The notes beneath the pieces are model-generated. The model was not told the DNA's origin. It saw only the letters and a list, made by a program, of their open reading frames with translations, and did no database searches. This document shows positions 15,805-21,200 of a DNA stretch of 24,000 nucleotides, piece by piece. Each line of letters starts with the position of its first letter. Position 1 is the first letter of the stretch. The position numbers and the translations under genes are program-made. The DNA lies in contig JAUIHI010000004.1 in the NCBI GenBank assembly GCA_030432295.1, positions 185,706 through 209,705 on the forward strand. The letters run 5' to 3'. The stretch comes from Anaerolineae bacterium. GTDB lineage: Bacteria > Chloroflexota > Anaerolineae > Caldilineales > Caldilineaceae.

Positions 15805-16410
15805 TTACTCCAAATTGTGCCACGCCCACCACACCCGCTGACAAGCGGTGACGACGACCAGCCCAGCCATCACCCCAAAGAGCCAGGGCACGTAGGCGGG
15901 CAGAAGAAAGAAGAGGGTGTAGAAAACAACTGTCTCGGCCCCTTCGATCAGTCCCGCGGGCATCTCGACAGAAGTGAGCCGCCCCACGACCCCGGCCTGA
16001 CGCTTCTCCAGCAGAGAGGAGAGGAGCGTCCACGACAGGCTGTTGATCTGATAGGCGGCCAGCAGCCCAATGATCGTCCACAAGTGGGCAGGCGTGGGCG
16101 TTGCGATGACAAAGGCGATGGGGATGGCCAGATAGACGACGTAATCGAGGAGCAGGTCCAGATAGCCGCCGAAGTCGCTCTGCTTGTCGTGGATGCGGGC
16201 CACCACCCCGTCCAGCCCATCCAGCACCCGGTTGAGCAACCAGAAGCCGATGCCCCAGCCCAATTCTCCCTGCACAATCGCCGCGGCCGAGAGCAAACCG
16301 GGAACCAATGCAACAAAAGAAATCAGATTCGGCGAGACCGATCTAAAGAAAGACCGCGCCAGAGGCTCCAGCACGCGATCTTTTTGTTCGCGCAGCACCG
16401 CATCTTTCAT
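15805..16410 (-). CDS. CDP-alcohol phosphatidyltransferase family protein
   Basis: Signature D-G-x2-A-R-x8-G-x3-D-x3-D is present as DGLDGVVARIHDKQSDFGGYLDLLLD. The protein is 201 aa and polytopic. The RBS is AAGAGGTGAGCA before the ATG. Confidence 0.88.
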   Translation of the reverse strand: MKDAVLREQKDRVLEPLARSFFRSVSPNLISFVALVPGLLSAAAIVQGELGWGIGFWLLNRVLDGLDGVVARIHDKQSDFGGYLDLLLDYVVYLAIPIAFVIATPTPAHLWTIIGLLAAYQINSLSWTLLSSLLEKRQAGVVGRLTSVEMPAGLIEGAETVVFYTLFFLLPAYVPWLFGVMAGLVVVTACQRVWWAWHNLE

Positions 16411-16485
16411 TGCTCACCTCTTGGATTTAGAAGTCCGACTTTTTCTGAAAAGTTGAGCTTCTATGAGGACGGATTGGCAAAGGCA

Positions 16486-16513
16486 GCGCAGGGGCCGAAA
16501 GCGACCCCTGCGC
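16486..16513 (-). terminator. hairpin downstream of serS (possible terminator)
   Basis: gcgcagggg (16486-16494), a 10-nt loop, then cccctgcgc (16505-16513). It lies 84 nt past the serS stop. On the minus strand it is followed by tgcctttgcc, a weak U-tract. Confidence 0.4.
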
Positions 16514-16596
16514 CTGTGTACAGCCATCTTCCTTGCAATGCGCCTGTGCGTCAGTAAGTGGTCCTACGTTAGCGGCGGGTGGTCCGACAGTCCGCG

Positions 16597-17877
16597 CTAC
16601 GCAATCACTTCCAGGCCGCCCATATAGGGCCGCAGCACTTCCGGGACCACCACCGAGCCATCGGCCTGCTGGTAGTTTTCCAGAATGGCGATAATCACAC
16701 GGGGCAGGGCCAGCCCGGAGCCGTTGAGGGTGTAGACAAATTCTGTGCCTTTGCCCTCTTCGGGACGGTAGCGGATGTTGGCGCGCCGGGCCTGGAAGTC
16801 CCGGAAGAGCGAGCAGGAGCTGACTTCCAGCCACTCCTGGCAGCCTCCGGCCCACAGTTCGATGTCGTATTTGATGGCGGCCACGAAGGAGAGATCGCCG
16901 GTAGCGATGGCGACTCGGCGATAGGGCAGTCCCAGCCGCTCGGCCAATTCTTCCGCGTCCCGGGTCAGCTTCTCCAACTCCTCCCGTCCGTGTTCCGGTT
17001 CCACAAACTTCACCATCTCCACCTTCTGGAACTGGTGGACCCGCTTGATGCCCCGCACATCTTTGCCCGCCGACACTTTCTCCCGGCGGAAGCAGGGGGT
17101 GTTGGCCACGTAGGAGCGGGGCAGAGTGCCCGCCTCCAGAATCTCATCCCGGTGCAGATTCGTCACCGGCACTTCCGCGGTGGGGATCAGCCAGTAGTCC
17201 TCCTCCGCGTCCCGATAGAGGACGTCGCCAAACTTGGGCAGATTGCCCGTGCCCAGCATAGCCTGCTCCCGCACCAGAAACGGGGGATAGACTTCGGTGT
17301 AGCCGTGCTCTGCCGTATGCACATCCAGAAACCAGTTGATCAGCGCCCGTTGCAGCCGGGCCGCGGGGCCTTTCAGCACGTAAAAGCGGCTGCCCGCAAT
17401 CTTAACACCCCGCTCAAAGTCGATGATGTCCAGCTTCTCGGCCAGGTCCCAGTGGGCCTTCGGCTCGAAGTCGAAGGTGGGCGGTGTGCCCCATTCCTTC
17501 ACCACCTGATTGCCCGATTCGTCTTCGGCCACAGGCACATCCGGCTCCGGGATGTTGGGGATGCGCAGCATCGCGTCCTCAAAGTAGGCGTCCACTGTGC
17601 GCAACTCGGCGTCCAGCCCGTCGATCTCATCGCCGATGCGCCCCATCTCTTCCTTCAGCGCGTTGGCCTCGGCGGTTTTCTTCTCTCGCATCAGCAGACC
17701 GATGCCTTTGGAGCCGCTGTTGCGCTCGGCGCGTAGAGCCTCTACACGGGTCAGAATCTCCCGGCGGCGTTCGTCCAGGGCCAGGGCCTGCTCCCAGGGC
17801 GCGGTGTTGTCGTTGAGTTTGCGCATGGCCTCGGCCAAAGCGTCCCGGTTTTCACGCATCCATTTGATGTCGAGCAT
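16597..17877 (-). CDS. serS: seryl-tRNA synthetase
   Basis: 426 aa beginning MLDIKWMRENRDALAEAMRKLN (N-terminal coiled-coil arm). Class II motifs include RFYVLKGPAARLQRALINWFLD, TPCFRREKVSAGKDVRGIKRVHQFQKVEMV and YTLNGSGLALPRVIIAILENYQ. The RBS is AGGAGGaacggaca before the ATG. Confidence 0.97.
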   Translation of the reverse strand: MLDIKWMRENRDALAEAMRKLNDNTAPWEQALALDERRREILTRVEALRAERNSGSKGIGLLMREKKTAEANALKEEMGRIGDEIDGLDAELRTVDAYFEDAMLRIPNIPEPDVPVAEDESGNQVVKEWGTPPTFDFEPKAHWDLAEKLDIIDFERGVKIAGSRFYVLKGPAARLQRALINWFLDVHTAEHGYTEVYPPFLVREQAMLGTGNLPKFGDVLYRDAEEDYWLIPTAEVPVTNLHRDEILEAGTLPRSYVANTPCFRREKVSAGKDVRGIKRVHQFQKVEMVKFVEPEHGREELEKLTRDAEELAERLGLPYRRVAIATGDLSFVAAIKYDIELWAGGCQEWLEVSSCSLFRDFQARRANIRYRPEEGKGTEFVYTLNGSGLALPRVIIAILENYQQADGSVVVPEVLRPYMGGLEVIA

Positions 17878-17937
17878 TGTCCGTTCCTCCTAGTGTTGCA
17901 GATTGAAAGTGTCCGGTGTCGGGTGTCGGCCCGTCCA

Positions 17938-17975
17938 TTCACAATTCGCTATTCTCTATTCACCATTCGCTATTC
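17938..17975. repeat. two 17-nt direct repeats with 21-nt period in the serS 5' UTR
   Basis: ttcacaattcgctattc (17938-17954), tcta, ttcaccattcgctattc (17959-17975), identical at 16/17 positions. The pair lies between the T-box terminator and the serS RBS. Confidence 0.8.
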
Positions 17976-17983
17976 ATTACCCC

Positions 17984-18231
17984 AATAAAAAAACCTCCGT
18001 CCCCAATACAGGACGAAGGAAATTCGTGGTGCCACCTGAGTTCGCAGCCGTCCGCATTGAACGGTCTGCCTCAATCTGTCGATAACGGGACAACCCGCCC
18101 GGCCATTGCCTGCCGGTAGCTCGGAAAGTGCTGACACGTCCGGTCTCTGTTGCCTCGCACCACCCGGCAACTCTCTGAAAGAAGACCCTGCCGCGCCCTG
18201 GCTTTCGTCATCGCCATTGCTCTGTTCGTAT
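17984..18231 (-). promoter_or_regulatory. T-box riboswitch leader (Ser, AGC specifier) with intrinsic terminator, controlling serS
   Basis: Read on the minus strand. K-turn/GA motif GGCGAUGACGAAAG pairs with CUUUCCGAGC. AG bulge and distal loop read AGAGAGuugccGGGUGGUGCGAggcaacAGAGA. The specifier loop reads GUC-AGC-A, with AGC at 18132-18130 followed by the conserved purine. The T-box core reads CAGG-UGGCACC-ACGAA (18025-18040 region), a 7-nt bulge whose UGGC can pair with a GCCA acceptor end. The antiterminator helix is ACGAA/UUCGU. It overlaps the terminator CCUUCGUCC-loop-GGACGGAGG (18019-17994), which is followed by U7 (17993-17987). Confidence 0.85.
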
Positions 18232-18237
18232 TGGCAA

Positions 18238-18266
18238 ATCCTAGCACAGGGCGGGAGGGGTGTCAA
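18238..18266 (-). promoter_or_regulatory. sigma70-type promoter driving the T-box/serS transcript
   Basis: Minus strand: TTGACA (18266-18261), a 17-nt spacer, then TAGGAT (18243-18238). It lies 26 nt after the stop of the giant upstream ORF and just 5' of the T-box Stem I. Confidence 0.6.
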
Positions 18267-18291
18267 AATCGGGTATTGGGGATTGGGTATT

Positions 18292-21200
18292 CTATTGGGC
18301 CACCAGCCACAGATTGCGGAATTGGAACTCGTCCTGATCGCTGCCATCTGCAGGAAAAGCCGCACAAATTTTCAGGTGATTGGTTCCGACGCGCAGTGGC
18401 TCGATCACCAACGGCAGGGAGATGCTTTCGCTCCAATAGTTGGGGATGTTTTCCCCCGAACGCAATGCCTGGGGAAGAACAACAGCCACCTGGCGATCGT
18501 TGAGTTCAATCCAATTTTTCTCTTCTGCCCCAAATATCTGCATATGCAAGACCAGACTAGCAGGACGCTTCTTCACCTGAAAGGTGGTGGCCCAGCAAGT
18601 GCCGTAGAGCGAGGCCCAGGCCGACGCGCTGGAGAATTCATCGTTGCCGATGTGAATCTGCTGCTGGTTACAGTAGAGCGCCTGGTCCAGGCCATAGGTC
18701 AGGGAGAGCGCGCGTGCCAAGTTTGCGTGGATGGTATGCAAGTCGAGTTCAGCGTGCCGCCTGGCTAGATTCTCCACACCACATAGGGCTGTCCAAATCG
18801 GCGGTGCATCTGCGGTTGTACTGATGGCAAGCTGGCTGCCGATGTCATAATTGACAACCGCTTTGTCCAAAGCATTGCTTTTGGCGGCAATTTCGGCGGC
18901 GCTGAAGGCAGCATTGCGCTGTTCCGTGAGCGCCTCATTGTCGGCCACCGGTTTATAATAGCGGACCGCTGCTTCATAATCTGACAGAGCAGCCTGGTCG
19001 TCGCCATCTTTTTCAGATTCCCGGGCGCGCAACACATAATACCAGCCCCAACCCCCTTCTTTCAGATAGGTCTGAATCTGGGACGAACCCTCCGTCGCAT
19101 TCAATTCATAGGCTTTGTCGCCGTCGGGGATGGCCACATCCAGTGCCCAACGTGCGCCGGCCTCGTCCCTTTCCAGAAATGCGACCCGGCCCAAGTGAAA
19201 TTTGAACCAGCCCCGATATCGCCAGTAATATCCTTTCTGTTCGAGTTCAGGATGCTCACGCAGTTGTTCTGGCAATTGGTTCTGCATAGCATCGATCAGG
19301 GCAGGGGTGGTGGTGCTGCCACGCACCTGCCAGAGTCTACGCAGGTCTTCGGGCACGGCGCGGAGAAAGCGATACTGTTCGCTATCCGCTTCTGTGCGGC
19401 GAATGCCCTCATTGAACCAGTAGCCCGCCGCGTCGAACTGTTCCAGAATCGTTGCCATCAGGCCGAGTTTGAAGGCGTGATTGGCGTTCTTGGGGTCATT
19501 GGCCGCCGTGAAATCGGGCAGCCGTTGGGCAAATGACGCCAATACCGAGTCGGAAATGACCCCGTTCGTTGCCACCGCCGCGGCCAGCAAATTGTCCGCG
19601 GCGAGTGTCGGATTCGCCTCTTCCACCGCCGCATCCAGCCCCTGGCCGAAGTTGGAACGGGCAGCCTCCACTTCGCCTGCCTTCAACGCAGCCAGGCCCT
19701 TGTCGAAGAAGCCCTGGGCTGTGGCCAGAATTCCGTCCAATTCAACGATCAATCTGGGGTCTGCCACGCCGGGGTTGTCACGGATGTACGCATCCAAAGC
19801 CGCTGCGGCCTGCTGGACCGGTCTGTGACCACCCTCTACCCGGCTCCCCAATTCTGCGCCCAGGGTATAAAGCGTCCTGGCCCGTTCCGGGTCCTGGGGT
19901 AGCGCGATCAAAGCATCGCTAAACACAAATTTTGACAGAAAATGGCGAGTGAACGCGTTGGGCTTATACTCGCCTCTGTCAGTAGGGTCTATGGAAAGTG
20001 CCGACTCCATATCCTCTTTAATCGGTATCAGCCAGTCGGCCAGGGGTGTCTTCCGCCGAAGTTCGTTCCTGTTTACTTCCCAGAGCGCTATACGCAGACG
20101 AGCACGCATATGAAAATAATCCGCCTTATCCGGCACTAAATCAATCGCCTTGTCGTAACTGGCAATGGATTCTTCCAACGTAGCCACGCGGTCCGGGGTA
20201 CAGCGTTTCGACTGCAATAGCCAGAGCAGATTGCCCTCGGTACGATACCAGAAAGCAATTTTGGCGGATGTCTGCCCCTCGACTTGCGAGGCTGTATTCA
20301 GGTACTTGAACGCAGCTTCGTAGTGCTTACACAACTCCGCATCTTCAGTTACGCCGCCCAATTTCCAATGGGCCGAACTGGTCAGGATGAGGGCGGCCAG
20401 GTTGCGCGGCTCCAGAGCCAGCGCCTTTTCTCCCGCCTGGGCTGCATCCTCATATTTGCTCATTCGGTAGTAGACGTTGCCCAGACCGATCCAGGGCTGG
20501 GGGCTGTCAGCCGTGGCCGAAATGGCGGTTTGAAAGAAGTTCAGCGCGCGGTCGTCTTGCTCTTCTCCAAATTTGATCCACCCCAGGGCTGTGCGCGCCA
20601 GCATCTCATCTTCCAGGCTTAGGGCTGTCAAAGTATCTTTGCCCGCTGTCGTCCCCTCCTCACAGGCGGGCAAGTCGGCCACATCCAGCCCCAGCGCTCG
20701 CCGGTAATCGCACTCGGCTTCCGGGGTCCGCTTGGCGGTTTGCAGGGCCAGCCCACGCCACAGATAGAGTTCCGCCCGATCGGGGTTGTCAGCAAGCGCA
20801 CGGCTATACCAGCCGACCGCATCCAATTCTCCGCCGGAAGCAGGCTGTGTGGTCGCATCCGATGGCTGTGCCGATTGTTCCACTCCCTGTGCCGCCGCCA
20901 CCGCCTGGGAAAGCGCGCCGATCTGGGCATAGAGGCGATCCGGGCGACCGCTAACGCCGTCCAGAGATTTGTACAGGGCCAACGCTTGGGGATAGCAGCC
21001 CAGCCGCACCAACAGAGCCGCTTTGTTCTCCACAGCCAGAATCGGGGTCAGACTATCGGGCGCTAGGGTTGTGACCGTACGGGTCAGGGTCCAATCATAG
21101 CTGAACGACCCCGCGGGGCGAGCGGCTATCGCCCTGTCATAGGCGGCCAGCCCGCCTCCGGTGGGGTCATCCGCCGGGGAGGGACAGCCCTGCGGATCGG

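Noticed and set aside
14257-17736. Long antisense ORFs 14257..15123 (minus), 14784..15530 (plus), 15496..16557 (plus) and 16579..17736 (plus)
   Set aside because: Each lies opposite a gene with strong family signatures (cysteine hydrolase, TVP38, CDP-alcohol transferase, serS), so they are shadow ORFs.
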